This document shows, piece after piece, positions 1-12,224 of a DNA stretch of 52,924 bases (its first letter is position 1; each line of letters opens with the position of its first letter). The position numbers and the translations under genes were made by a program. Source of the stretch: Chromera velia. Taxonomy: Eukaryota. Location of the stretch: the NCBI GenBank assembly GCA_018398765.1, contig JAHBMJ010000258.1, positions 1 to 52,924 on the forward strand, written 5' to 3'. The notes under the pieces were generated by a model, which was not told where the DNA came from, searched no databases, and saw nothing but the letters and a program-made list of their open reading frames with translations.

Positions 1-907
1 TGATATTTAAGGTAAGATTTGAGGTTAACCTCTTAAGGTTCCTCACTGAGTCACTGACTTACTGTCACTCTGATCATTTTTCTCATGACAATAGTTATCA
101 AAACATTTCTGATGTGTGTTTCAAAAATTTAAAAAAATATGTATACAATTATAACTTATCAGTTCCGTAAAAAAAATATGCCTGTGTGGCAGTGTATATA
201 CACTAGTCACTAAGACTCACCCTAGTACTAATGGAGATTAAGAACGTAAAATTGATAGCTGCACATGTTTGTCAGACGTGATCGTCAAGCCATGCTGATT
301 GATGAGGTGGGTTTGAAAAGAACTGGTTGCCGCTGCTGCATACTCACAGCCATAAATAGTCCCTCCTTCCCCCTCGGCTCCTTGTATTTTCACCTGACAC
401 TGAATTACATTTGCCCCCTTTTGCACGGACCATATTTTTTTTGCATACCCGGCTCTAAAAATAAATGCCTCCTTCTTCCCGTTTGACCCTATCAGATTGT
501 GTAACATGTCTTTACGGGGTGTAAAATGTTTGCAGACGCTCAAAAAAGGGGCCGTAAAAGATGTTCGAGCACCAGAAAAGTCAACACAACTATTTGGGAA
601 AACGTTCAGCTGATCGGTTTACCTCTGCATGAAGTAAAAGGGGGTGAAACATCAATTTCAGTGCAGCTCAAAACGTTTTTTTTTTTAAGAGTAAACCATC
701 AAGATTTAGGTTTTTTCATTTGAATCAGCATGCGTGACGGATCGGTACTTGCAAAAGTTTTTTCAGGACCTTCATATTTGAGGTTGAAAGTCATATTGAT
801 CAAATATTTGATCGTATTTGATAGGTCTTTAAACACTAGGTCCTCCCTGACTGGATATTTGATTTGAGCTTAAGCCCTACCTCAAATCAAATCAAACATG
901 GTCACTA
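1..907 (-). mobile_element. 5' end of a probable hAT-type DNA transposon (runs off the window start)
   Basis: 700-907 is the reverse complement of 52707-52924, and the similarity stops sharply at the terminus TAGTGACCATG. A BED-finger-like ORF lies inward on the same strand. Confidence 0.55.
238..543 (-). pseudogene. BED-type zinc-finger-like transposase N-terminal remnant
   Basis: SVCKHFTP resembles the BED S-x-VWxHF motif. C-x16-C-x12-H-x4-H with TSSFQTHLINQH resembles BED TSxLxxHLxxxH. The ORF is short and has no ATG start. Confidence 0.4.
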
Positions 908-1018
908 CACTTATTAAGAATACTAGTAAGAATATGATTGATTGCTTCAATTTCCTTGAATAGTTTTACCTTATGGTCTTCCCGTTCTGTCTATCTGTTG
1001 TTACACTCTGATTACTAG

Positions 1019-1253
1019 CGTAGGGAAGCTAGGCTCCTACCGTCCTAAGAGATCTCCTCTTAGTTCATATAGGGTAAGTACTGTCATACATGAGTCTTCA
1101 CTTCTATTCTGCTTTCTCTACAGAGACTGCTACTTCTGCATAAAGCTTTACTTCCGCATGCATGCTTTCTAATCATTAATGCATGTTCTCCACTATGCTC
1201 GTAATGCGCGCACTGCATAGATTCCTGACTGGGGCGCCCATCACAATGCTACG
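1019..1253 (-). repeat. 3' LTR
   Basis: Direct repeat of 4240-4474, adjacent to the polypurine tract. Confidence 0.9.
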
Positions 1254-1268
1254 TGCCCCTCCCCTCAT
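1254..1268 (-). other. Polypurine tract (PPT)
   Basis: Minus strand reads ATGAGGGGAGGGGCA immediately before the 3' LTR. Confidence 0.75.
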
Positions 1269-2323
1269 AAGTCTCGTTCCGAGACTTCATGTATAAAGAT
1301 TGTGAGACAGCCTCCATTGGGAACGTACTTGTTGTTGCTGTGTTGCCTATCAAACACACGTTCAAACGGTGAAGGAGGGATTTCCCTGCTTTGGGGTTCA
1401 AGGTTACACTTCAGTCGATCTGCTTATAAATCAAGACAAGGTGCTCCCTCTGCACTCCACTGCATCAATTTTTCTTACTGCCCCGACCGCACTGCCTTGC
1501 GAAAACATGACACCTTGCTCTCTTAGGTTAAGTTTCTCTTCTCCTCTTCCTCCTCGTTGCATCTTTTCCAGAAGAATTTTTTTTTCTTCTTTCTCTCTCG
1601 GATGCGCGCTTTCGCTTTCCACAGACGGGTGGACAAACCTCTCTCTACTTGTCATGCTTCTTTTTTGTCTCCTACAACCACTCATACAACCCTTTTCTGC
1701 TTATCCTTTACTTTCTCCTTCCTTCACTTCACTCGCCACCAACTCCCTTTACTTCTCTTCTATTACCTCTCTGGCATCCACTCACACCTACATGCCCCCT
1801 CCCTCCAACGCCGCGTCCCCGCGGCTAAGAAGACGCACAACGGACAAAGAAAAAAAAAGGTGGGCACAAGGCACGACAAGACAGAGAATGGGAATAATGA
1901 GGTGTCTGTAGTGTAAACGGGCAGAGAGATCTGTTCATTCCCTGAAGAAAAATCGTTGTCGATCGGATGAACGACAAGGCAAATGTGCAGATTTCACTGT
2001 CTCCCCATTGTTCATCAGACTAACAATGCTATGGGCGTAGTTCTGCAAAGGCCCTGCCTTCTTTCCCGTTTTTCTCTCACCGTCTAACAAAAGAATCGAT
2101 TGACAGACAGACAGGCGTTATTCCAAGACAAAGACAGACAAACGGGCTCAGGAGAGAAAAACATACCTGATAATCTCATACAAACAAAGAGCGGAATTCC
2201 AGACACGGACACACAGGTAAAAGGAACATCAATCGATCGTTTAGGATCTACAAAGAGTTACTGGCAGACCCAAATAACTCAAAGTCAATGCCCTTTCCTC
2301 CCTCTCTCCTCACTGCATGCCAC

Positions 2324-4101
2324 TCACTGACTCGTTGAAATGCTAGGCTTCCGTGACGTCCCAAATCTCCTCGTGATTGGAGTATCTGGATGCGGCACGT
2401 CATCCAGCTCTTCGGCAGAAAAACCCGCCTTGAGGCGACGACGAATTTCGTGCCAGTACTCCCTGTGCTTCTCTTTGTGAAGCCTGGCTGCCTCACTGGC
2501 CTCCCACTCCTCTCGTTCACGCAGGCGGGCAGCTGCTTGCTCTACTTTTTCATTTTCAGATCTCCGCTGCTCCTGCCATCGAGCAATCTGTGCTTTCAAC
2601 TTCTCTTCCCGGATTCTTTGTTTCTTTGTGGGCTTCCGGCGAAGCTCAATCCTCTTCTCTCCATTGGATTTGTGGGCGGGAGTCTCTGAAAGCTGCGACT
2701 GGTGCTTTGCGACTGCTGCTGCTCGTTGTGGCATCTGGGCTTCAGTCTGCAAGTCGACAAAGATGTCAACCCGTCGCTTCTGATTTACGAGATGCTCTTG
2801 CTGCTGTTGGAGCTGCTGTTCTAGTTGATGCAGATTCTCTGAACCTGTAGCACTTGAGCAGGCGGTTCAATCTTTTGTAGACGGAGAGTCTGGAGTTGCA
2901 ACTGCACCTAAGTGAAGTCCATGTACGCCTGATCATACGTCTCCTGGGATTTGTGCAACTCAGCTACTGCTTTTGCTATTGCTGCATCAGTGGGGCGCTT
3001 TTGTTCAGATCCTGAATTGGGAAGGGAGACGGATGACATGGCAGGCTGCTGAAAGTGACTTTGCATTGCTCCATCCTCCCCCCTCTCTTCATTTTCATAC
3101 CCAGTCCGTCGGGCCACTTCTGTAACGCTGTCTCCGCTCTCATAGGCAGGCGGAGAAGCAGACAAAATGGCAATTTGCAACTCAATTTCTCCCTTACACA
3201 CATTCATTTTCTTCTTACTGCAAAGAGTGCTGCTATCTGGATGTTTCTCCAATAATCGCTGCACAGATGCGTCGAAGGAAATCTCATCAACGTCATCCAC
3301 CGCCTTTCTCTCTTCTTCACCTTCATCCGCTTCTCCCCCCAGACATTCAGTTCGCACAGGGAGTGGCCTCTCCCCATTCATCTCTTCGGGTCCGTTCTCA
3401 ACGGAACAACAAGTCGGGTCTGACCTCTCGGTGAAGCGACGGCATACTTCATCGTCAAGCGTGCAGAGAGAGGCAATGAGGGCCTGCATCTCTGTGGTGA
3501 CAGACTCTCTCTCTCCTTCAACCACTTGGGGGCTCTGTTGGCCTTCTACTTCTACTTCTTTTGCTTCCGCTACGCTGACTGAAGCAAAAATACCGACGGA
3601 AGCAATGGGGGCAGACACATGCGTCTCGTGGTGAGTACAATCGGAACCATCTGGTGATGCAAAACCAGACTCCTCCTCACCCATGGTCGAATCTCGACCC
3701 AACTCACTCTTCAGGGGCACAGGCGTCAAAGGGGACTCTTCCTGACCAGGCTCCCTCTCCGGATCAACCGTCGCTACAGACATGGCAGCCTGGCGTTGAT
3801 TCTATTGCGTAATTGAAAATCGCCGCCCACGTCTTGTCTTTCTTTTCTTTCTTCCTTTCTCTTCATTCACCCCCTCTATGCCTGCCAGTTTTTCTCCTGA
3901 AGGCAGAGGATGAAGTCTCTCCAAAAGTCGGGCCATAGCCCCTTCGGAATCCTCCTCGGCTCTGTCGTGCTCCAACAGTGTTGTTCCAGAGAAACACTGA
4001 GTCTCTCCAGATATCTCCGACAGAATTTTCTCAACGATGAGAAGCACGATCTTGAGGAGGCCCGCCACGTTTCTTTTTTCTTTCCTTTCTCTCTTCATCA
4101 T
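2324..4101 (-). pseudogene. Decayed cargo ORF of unknown function inside the LTR element (acidic, coiled-coil-like)
   Basis: ORFs 4101-3802 and 3783-2908 are in the same frame, separated by one TAG. A second TAG and a frameshift lead into the Q/E/K/R-rich ORF ending at 2324. No gag, protease, RT or integrase motifs seen. Confidence 0.5.
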
Positions 4102-4226
4102 CTCAACAGAAAGAAAGCACGTCTGTGCACACTTGACTGAAGGTGCGTTACACGTACTGAAGACGGTTCAAATAAGGGACGCAAGTCCCACTCTCGAACT
4201 CTACCTCCCTTCCTGGATCGATTTAA

Positions 4227-4239
4227 GGCTTTGCTTCCA
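4227..4239 (-). other. Primer-binding site (tRNA-iMet-like)
   Basis: TGGAAGCAAAGCC directly after the 5' LTR. It starts with TGG (complement of tRNA CCA) and resembles iMet PBS TGGTA(T/G)CAGAGCC. Confidence 0.65.
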
Positions 4240-4474
4240 CGTAGGGAAGCTAGGCTCCTACCGTCCTAAGAGATCTCCTCTTAGTTCATATAGGGTAAGT
4301 ACTGTCATACATGAGTCTTCACTTCTACTCTGCTTTCCCTACAGAGACTGCTACTTCTGCATAAAGCTTTACCTCCGCATGCACGCTTTCTAATCATTAA
4401 TGCATGTTCTCCACTACGCTCGTAATGCGCGCACTGCATGGATTCCTGACTGGGGCGCCCATCACAATGCTACG
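4240..4474 (-). repeat. 5' LTR
   Basis: Direct repeat of 1019-1253, adjacent to the PBS. Confidence 0.9.
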
Positions 4475-6371
4475 ACTAGTCTGATTATATCCTAGATTAT
4501 ATCAGTTATTACTTACTCAAACTAGTTACAGTCGCCTGTATATTTAATAAACATTAGTAGTGCTAAGTGAAAGTTTTAAACAAGCTAGCAAACAAGTCTA
4601 TCAATTATTATTACTATGTCGATCTTCACTAGAATCTTCATATATATACAACTATATATATACACTACGATACGCCTCATAGTATAGGCTCATACGCATA
4701 TTAAATATTAATTACTATTGACGCACATACTAAGGGCCCGCCTAGGGCCCGCTTTGCAAGCCGCTTAGTAGGTTTTTTGGGCAATTTTTTGTAAAACCCT
4801 TTAATATACAATGCTTTCTGCTTCTAGTACCAATCATATATGAACTATACATGTATATTTTACTAAGTCTTCCTTTACAATTAATAATTCTAGGTAGTAC
4901 TCTTTCAATATGTACTAAGTTATCTTTTTATAGCGTGGCCTAGAACGTGGCTTTCAAGTTGTCACAGGGGCATGTTATGCAGTGTCGGGTCTGAGACTCT
5001 GAGCTAGTGACCTGAACTGACATGTACGCTAGCACGTGCGGTGCAACAGAAATGGAAACCGTCATCCAAGGGCTCGCGCATGGACGCATGGAGAGCTACC
5101 TAAAGGGACGGAAGGAGGGTGAGGCGTTCAACAAATGGAAGGAAAGGGAGGGAAGGAAATCATACACACGATTGATCTGCATGACTACGTGAAAAGCACA
5201 TTGTGAGGTGGATGGGAACACAAACAACAAAAGGAGAGAGAAAAAAGAAAAAATCAGAACAGGCAATCTTGCCCTACTGTCGCGTATTCCTCTGCATGGT
5301 CGAGCTTTGCCGTTTTGCTGACTATTTGAATCAAGTACACCCTCCCCCCAACCCTTTCCAATTAAGTCCTCCCCGCACTCTCTCCAGTTGCACCTCTCCT
5401 GAAAGGAAAGGAAAGGAAAGGAAGGCCGCATGTTCCGAAGAGAGCGGGAAGAAATCGAATTCAAGTAAGTGAGGCAGGCAGATGTGTGACAGACAGTCGA
5501 TCTTGCAAACAGAAAAGAAAGGAAGCCACAGAGATCACCCTAGGCAGAGAGAGTCTCTCCCAATCATGCAGGCAAATTCAGTTGACGGAATTCCTTCTCC
5601 CCCCCCCCCACACCCACACCCACACCCAGCGGATTTTCTTCAAATTCCGGCATTTGCAATCTTACCGTACGAACATCCGTTGCTTCGTTTCATCAAGTTT
5701 GTTTTCATGCATTGGTGACTCTGCGCATAGGCTTCTGCTGTCCCTTTCAACCTTTCTCTGTATGCCTATGCACGAAAGAAAAGAACTCACAAGAAGAGGA
5801 GCGGAGACACAAATGAGGGACGGAGCAGGAAGAGACGTGGAAGGAAGGCGAAGGCGGTGGGAGCAGCAGCAGTCCCCACCCATCAAGCAAAATCCATGAG
5901 TGCCGTTAACTGGCTGAATGAATATTGAGGAGCTACACAAAGGAAGAACGAGAGTGGGACAGAAAGACTGCGAAAGCAACCGATCTTTTTGCCTGTCTAT
6001 CTGCACGGATGCTAGACTCTCCTCTCCTCTAATTGAGTTGAGGAAGCCTGTTGCGTTGGCTGCTTACCTGCAGACAGACCGTTCCCCTCCTCACCACGAG
6101 GAAGGGATATGGGTGACGGACGGAAACATGTTGCATCTCTTCATTTTCTTTCTTGTGCTTCTTTCATTCGGGCAGTTGATTTTGATTTTCTTTTTGTTGA
6201 TATGAGAAAGATAAAACAGGGAAGCCGTTTTGGGAGTAGGGCGGGGGTGGAATTCGTGTGTTACTGTTCGTTGTCTGTTTACGGTATGATTTGTCAGTCT
6301 GTGGTTCTATCAGTGTTCGTATCGTGATCTTCTATTGAAAAGACATCTAGAAGGACATCAGATCCTGCAGG

Positions 6372-9300
6372 TCACTTCTTCTCTTCTCCCTCTCCCTCTT
6401 CCTCCCCCTCTCCCTCCTCTCCTGCAGGTACCTGCTGGACGTCCGGAGCGAAGTCGCCTTCCTCTCCTTCCTGCACGCACGCACACGAAGCACGCAGACA
6501 TGGAGCGAGAGAATGGGGAAGAGAAAGAGAACGAAGAGGAATTGACAGATCCCACTGTCGCTTTGGTAGAGGAACGTTCGTGTGACAAAAGAGTCTGTAT
6601 CGCTTTGATGCACAAAGCAAAAATGCGCAGTAGCAGAAGGAAAAGGAATTCTCCTGTTCCAGATGTCTCAATCCCATGCAAACAACCACACATCTGCCTA
6701 CCCTCCCACTCTAACTCTCTCGGACCCTTTTGTACTTTCTATCTCTTTCAGGGAACCTACGAAGGAAGGAACTCTGCGGGGCCAACCAACCAACGACTGA
6801 CGCACCAACGGAACCAACCAACCGTCCGCCCCGCTCCCCTGAGTGACTGACCATATCGTCGCCCTCGTCAAAGTCTTCTTCCTCGTCTCCGAAGTCCATC
6901 CCTTCCATCCCGCCCATCCCTCCCATTCCTCCCATGCCTCCCATTCCTCCCATGCCTCCCATTCCTCCCATGCCCCCCATTCCTCCCATGCCCATGTCCA
7001 TGCCGGGGGGCATTCCTCCCATTGCTGCAGGGTTGGCCGAGGGTTCTCTGTCTCTCCCTGTGGAGGCAAACCCCTTCATCTTCCCGAACATGCCCCCGAA
7101 CAGGGACTTCTCCTTGTCCTTGAACGCCTTGATCCGGTCCTCCACCTCCTTCAACTTCTTCACGATCCCAGGGTCCTTCCCGCCATCTGCCTGCACGGCT
7201 CTCCTGAGCACGTTCCGAGCTACGCTGTCATTCTTCATAGCAGCACAAGCAACGCCCAGCCTGCACTCATGTGACAAACACACCGTGGATGAGAACTTTG
7301 TCTCGCCACACGCATGGCGACTCTCACGGAAGGACAGGGGAAAGAAAGGACATCTCTGAGATGAACTACTCCTTTGATGGCCTTTCGATCGTTTTTGAAA
7401 CGCGAAGACCGAAAGAAAGAGACGGATCCAAAGAGCTCAGCTAGATTCTTCCTAGCTGATCAACCATCACTTGCCTGAAGAGCGCTTTGACGTTCTCCGG
7501 GTCCTCCTCGAGGACTTTCTGGCACTTCTCTGCGGCTAGGTCGAACTGCTCCTGCTTCAACGCCACCTGGGCAATGTTCAAGAGGACGGGCTTCACAGCC
7601 TCTGCCGCCTTCTGCTTGTCCTCCTCACTGGCTTGATAGCCCATATACTCTACTGCACCTGCAGCTGCCTCGTAGCGTCTGAGTGCCCTGCCGAGATTGC
7701 CTGCCTTGAAGGCCTCGTTGCCCTTCTGCTTCAACTCTAGGGCATGGGCAACCTTTTCATCGACTGACATGTCCTGCAGAGGGGAGAAGGGGAGGCGAGA
7801 AAGAGTTTGGGGATTCCTTCATTCAGTCTGTCGCTTGGTTTCTGAGCCGTCCACTGTGCACCTCAAAAAAACGAAAGAACCAGACGGGCATGATGAGGCT
7901 GACTTTGACGCCTCAACATACATAGAGGGTTCGTGAGATGAAAAGAAGAATGAACCGAAGAAGCGCTCTGAGAAGAAGGAGATCAGATCATTCAATCACC
8001 TGCATGTGGAATCCATCTGTTCTGCAGGCTCTTTAAGACGGTTCTTTCTTTCTTTCTTTTTGCATGTCCGGTCGAGTGGAGGGGTGGATAACAAAGAATG
8101 TGCAGAGAGAGGTTTGCTGCTTTCCTACTTCGTTTCGCACATTAACCGAGTTTCGCTGATTCAAAAACACACACCAGCCGGGTTCTTGTCCTCTTCTTGT
8201 TTCAAATTGAAGAAGAAGCTGGAAGCACACAGCTAGCGCCTCCTGTCAGAAGAAAAAGACCGAAGATGCATGCAGTTAGCAATTCTTTTATCGACACTTC
8301 ACCCAACCCCCTTTGCACGGTGCATGGTCTGCCCTCATATCCCTCCCAACTGACGCACGCACAAAAGGTTCCTTAGGGTTCACGAAGTCTTCCAGAAGAA
8401 GAGAGTCCAGCACGACGTCCTTCCCGAAATGTTCGTGACCCGAGGGGAAGGCAAACTCGGAATCCCCTGCAACCATCAGATCTCCCTCTTGGCCCTTCTT
8501 CATCCGACGCACTACGCAATCGAAGGCAGCGATCGGCACGTCGTCAGCGTCATCAACGACAAACTCGTGGGGAGCGCCTTCTGCAATGCAGACAGGACAG
8601 GATGTACGTAGAGAATTGATCAACATGAAGTTCAATAGTACTGACACAAAAGCATGCATGCACCTACAGATGCAGAGACAGCCTGTTCAGCTCCAAAAAG
8701 CGTTTACCGGAATGCCTGAATGAACGCATGAAAGAGTCACTCCTCGCGTGGACAGACAGACAGACAGACAGAGCACACCGACCAGCGTAGGTGTCCCTGA
8801 TGGTCGTCGTCTGCTCCTCTCCTCCTTCGTGTCCTTCTATCACTTTCATCACGTACTGGAGCTTCACGAGACAGAGATCTCTGGGATACTGCCATCCCTC
8901 TCCGGCCCTCGTCTTCTTCATCAGGAGCGACCCGTCGAGGTGAGGAGACAGGTCCTCCTCGTTGATCCAAGAGATCAACTCAATCTCAAACTGCATCATC
9001 AGACAGACAGACAGGGGAATATTCGTGTACACTTTCGTATGTACTTTGTTTTTTTGCGTGTAAGCACAGTGTACGTGTGTCGTAGCTGGATGAGTCAAGA
9101 GACACGCGCCATCTTTTCGAATCAGGAAAGAGTAGGCGGATGAATTGAAGACGGAGAGAAAGACGAGTTTTCACTACTTCCTACAAACCCGACAGAAAAA
9201 AGCAGACACGAAGACAGGTTGGTCGGTTGACAGAAACACACAAGACAGGTAGGTACACAGAAACACACAAGACAGGTACACAGAAACACACAAGACAGGT

Positions 9301-10279
9301 GCACAGAAACACACAACACAGGTAGGTACACAGAAACACACAAGACAGGTTGGTACACAGAAACCCACAACACAGGTGCACAGAAACACACAAGACAGGT
9401 AGGTACACAGAAACACACGTACCTCCAGTGTGGCGTTGGGGGGAATTTTGCCTCCTGCGCCCGTCTCACCGTAGGCCTTCCCGGGTGCCAGGACGACTCG
9501 ACACTTCTCACCTGCACACACAAAGAAAGATACCGAAAGGCAACGAAAGGGATGTCTTGTTCTCAGGGAAAAGAAGGGAGAAGCACGGCCAAATGATAAG
9601 CCACCAGACTGTCCAACCAGGGTAGCCAAAAAGAGAGAGAGATGGAGGGTGCTTTGGGATTCTCGCATCACCCGCACTGTGTTTCTCGAGCAAGTAAGCA
9701 AACCACGCACAAAGGAAGAGGGGAGAAGACAAGAGAGCACAGGTGGCTGCCACGACCCCCCTTCCTGTCTGTCATCTTTCTCATGCAGCTCTCGTCATCC
9801 ATTCCCCTCTCTTCTCAGGGACCGATACACCCTACACTCCTTGCAAGACACACACCCAACAGATAAGCGACCCGAATAAACCCTCCATTGAAAGACTCTC
9901 CTGCCCACTCACTCACCCCTCCTCATTGTCGCCACGCAGTCAGACCACCCCTGAATGACGCCCTTGCCGAGTTTGAAGGTGAACCCGTCGTTCCGGTCGA
10001 ATTCTTCTGCAGAGGAGGGAAGGGAAGCGTAAGCAGTCACACATCACAAAAAGCTTCTGCATGGGATTGATTCGCTGTGTACACTACACTCCGATGAAAA
10101 AAGAAGCGGTCCGTCTGGCCACGGTCACAGTCAGACAGGTGGAAAAGGGACACGTAGGAACAAAGCAAACTACTGCAAAAATTTCAGGGAGGAAACACGT
10201 AAAGGGAGCAGCAGCGTGTCCTGGAATGGCCATGTGTGCCTGCCTCATCCATTGTTCTACAAAAACGTCAACCACAAAA

Positions 10280-10349
<70 letters not shown>

Positions 10350-11884
10350 AAACCTGAGATGCAAGGGAGAGCAAATGTAAGCACAGAAACCAAGACAAAG
10401 TGTCTGTGTCTGTCCACGCTCGTTTGGTTCTTGCCTTCTGCCTGACTCCGTGCTGACGCACGCAAAGAATCACGAAGAACGAAGATCAGCCCACCCACCT
10501 TGTGTGTCTCTCAGCCTCCCGACATAGTTCACAGTCACTTCTTGGTCGAACGAGGGGCTCTCGGCGACGGTTCCCTTGACGAGCACTGTCTTCATCACAG
10601 TCCCGTCCCCACAGATGTCGTAAGTCTCCCCCTCCTCGTGCTCTCGCTGCTCGAGGGGCTGGTTCATCTCGTGATCATCACGCTCTTCCGGCGTCAGGCT
10701 GTCAGACTCAGACTCCTCCGACCCCTCGTCATCGTCGTCCTCCGCGGCTGCAGTCGTACGGTCGTGTGCGTAAGTGTGCATCCGTCAGAAGAAGAATAGT
10801 GCAGGGTAGAAAGAGAGGAAGGAGAAAAGCAAAGAAAGACAGGAACTCCACATATTCCGTCATACAATTGAGGACTTCAAGAAGGGAGCAGATCCGAGGC
10901 AGGCAGAAAACACGCGGAGCTTTTGGTGTCTTTCCTTCCATTTTGTGCAGAATTGAAGCAGTACCCTTGATTCACTCATTCCATCACTCCCTCAGCCAAT
11001 ATGAACTGAAAGGGCAGACAAGGAAGGGAAATGAGGCCAGAGGAAAGAAGAGAAGACGAGACAGATTTGCCCAACACTGCATCCAGTCCCTTCATTCCTT
11101 CTCTTCTCTTTGAGTTCCTTCCAGCCGTCCCACTGAGGGAAGACAGAATCAGTGGACATCCACAGGAAAAAGTTTGCGGGCTTTTCCCCAGGGTGAGTGG
11201 GTGGGTCGTTTGGGTATCAGAAGAATGAAGGGAAGTCCGGGAAGGCGTCAATGAGGATCAGCATGAAGGCTCAGGGGGCAACAGGGACGTAGGGAGACTG
11301 AATAAGAGAAACACAGAAGAGGGGAGACCACTCACGTGCGTGTCCTTCTGCAGTCTGGTCGTTTGAGATGAACGGGCTGTCATCTGGGTTCTCTGCCATC
11401 TGCTTTTCAAACGCAGCCTGTGCAAGCCCGAGCTCCTTTGCCTGGAAGGAAGGAAGGAAGGACACAAAGATTGAAACAGATGGAGGCAGAAGGAAGCGAC
11501 TCAGTCACAGAAAAAAAAAGGGAAAAGGGTGTCATGTGGGTACACAGCAAGTGGGGATGCCAGGAAACAGGCGGAGAGAAGGAGGAAACGGACGGAGACG
11601 GAAGACGGAAAGAGGGAAAAATAGACAAGACAAGTACGTCTAGCATGAACGAAAGAATGTGAGAGGCCAATTCACTGAGGCACACGCGTCATTCCACTGG
11701 ATATCTGCACACCGTAGGAAAGTTGATGGACAAAAAAGCTGAAAAGCAAAAGCCAAGCGGTGTGTTCAGGAGAAACGAAATTCATCCTGAAAAGGTATGC
11801 CTTCGATCAGAATTCTCTCCTCCTTTCTACTCGACCAGTGACCAGAAAGAAGGCAGGAAATTAGAAACACACCTCCTCTGTCAT
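6372..11884 (-). CDS. FKBP-type peptidyl-prolyl isomerase with TPR domain (FKBP51/52/ROF1-like Hsp90 co-chaperone); exons 11884-11873, 11441-11336, 10747-10499, 10006-9917, 9511-9423, 8990-8783, 8580-8363, 7773-7475, 7260-6852, 6470-6372
   Basis: Spliced frame gives VTVNYVGRL..EEFDRNDGFTFKLGKGVIQGWSDCVATMRRGEKCRVVLAPGKAYG..KIPPNATLEFEIELISW (FKBP), then a second degenerate FKBP, a TPR (LKQKGNEAFK..LNIAQVALK..NVKALFR), a KEKSLFGGMF helix, and a GGM plus acidic tail. Splice phases are consistent; exon 1 is least certain. Confidence 0.92.
9229..9418. repeat. Intronic minisatellite, ~22-26 bp unit (ACACAGAAACACACAAGACAGGT[AGGT])
   Basis: About 8 visible tandem copies in FKBP intron 5, next to the donor site. 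Confidence 0.85.
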
Positions 11885-12224
11885 CCTGAAGATCTGTCTT
11901 TGGTGAGGGCGTAAACAAAGAACGGAAGGAAAAGGAAAGTCGCGCTAGAGGTCGTCCCGTCTCGTTCGAATACAGATGAACTTTGGGTTCGGCTTCTTTG
12001 CAGTTGAGCGAGATCTTGGAACAACGAAGTTCGATGTTGTTTGCAGAAGAATCCGAGGTTGTCGGCAAGCTTAGCGAGGTAACAGTCGTGCTGCCTGTAT
12101 TGGTGAAGAAGCTGTCAGTTGTCCCTTTTTGCCTCTTTGCCATAAGTGATCGAAGTCAAATTGCAAATTGATGGTTCGTCTATGTTCGTCTGCATATGCC
12201 ATTTTTGTTGCCCGCGGAGCGCGT

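Larger units (their letters stand above)
1019..4474 (-). mobile_element. Non-autonomous LTR retroelement (TRIM/LARD-like) with CG...CG termini
   Basis: 235-bp direct repeats at 1019-1253 and 4240-4474 (6 mismatches), each bounded by CGTAG...CTACG. 5-bp TSD ACTAG at 1014-1018 and 4475-4479. On the minus strand, PBS TGGAAGCAAAGCC follows the right LTR and PPT GAGGGGAGGGG precedes the left LTR. Confidence 0.9.

Noticed and set aside
1369..1916. Plus-strand 180-aa hydrophobic ORF as an env-like gene
   Set aside because: Antisense to the element, non-ATG start, and composition explained by pyrimidine-rich DNA.
3802..3804. Programmed gag-pol style TAG readthrough
   Set aside because: The downstream frame has no pol motifs and further disruptions follow, so CAG>TAG decay is simpler.
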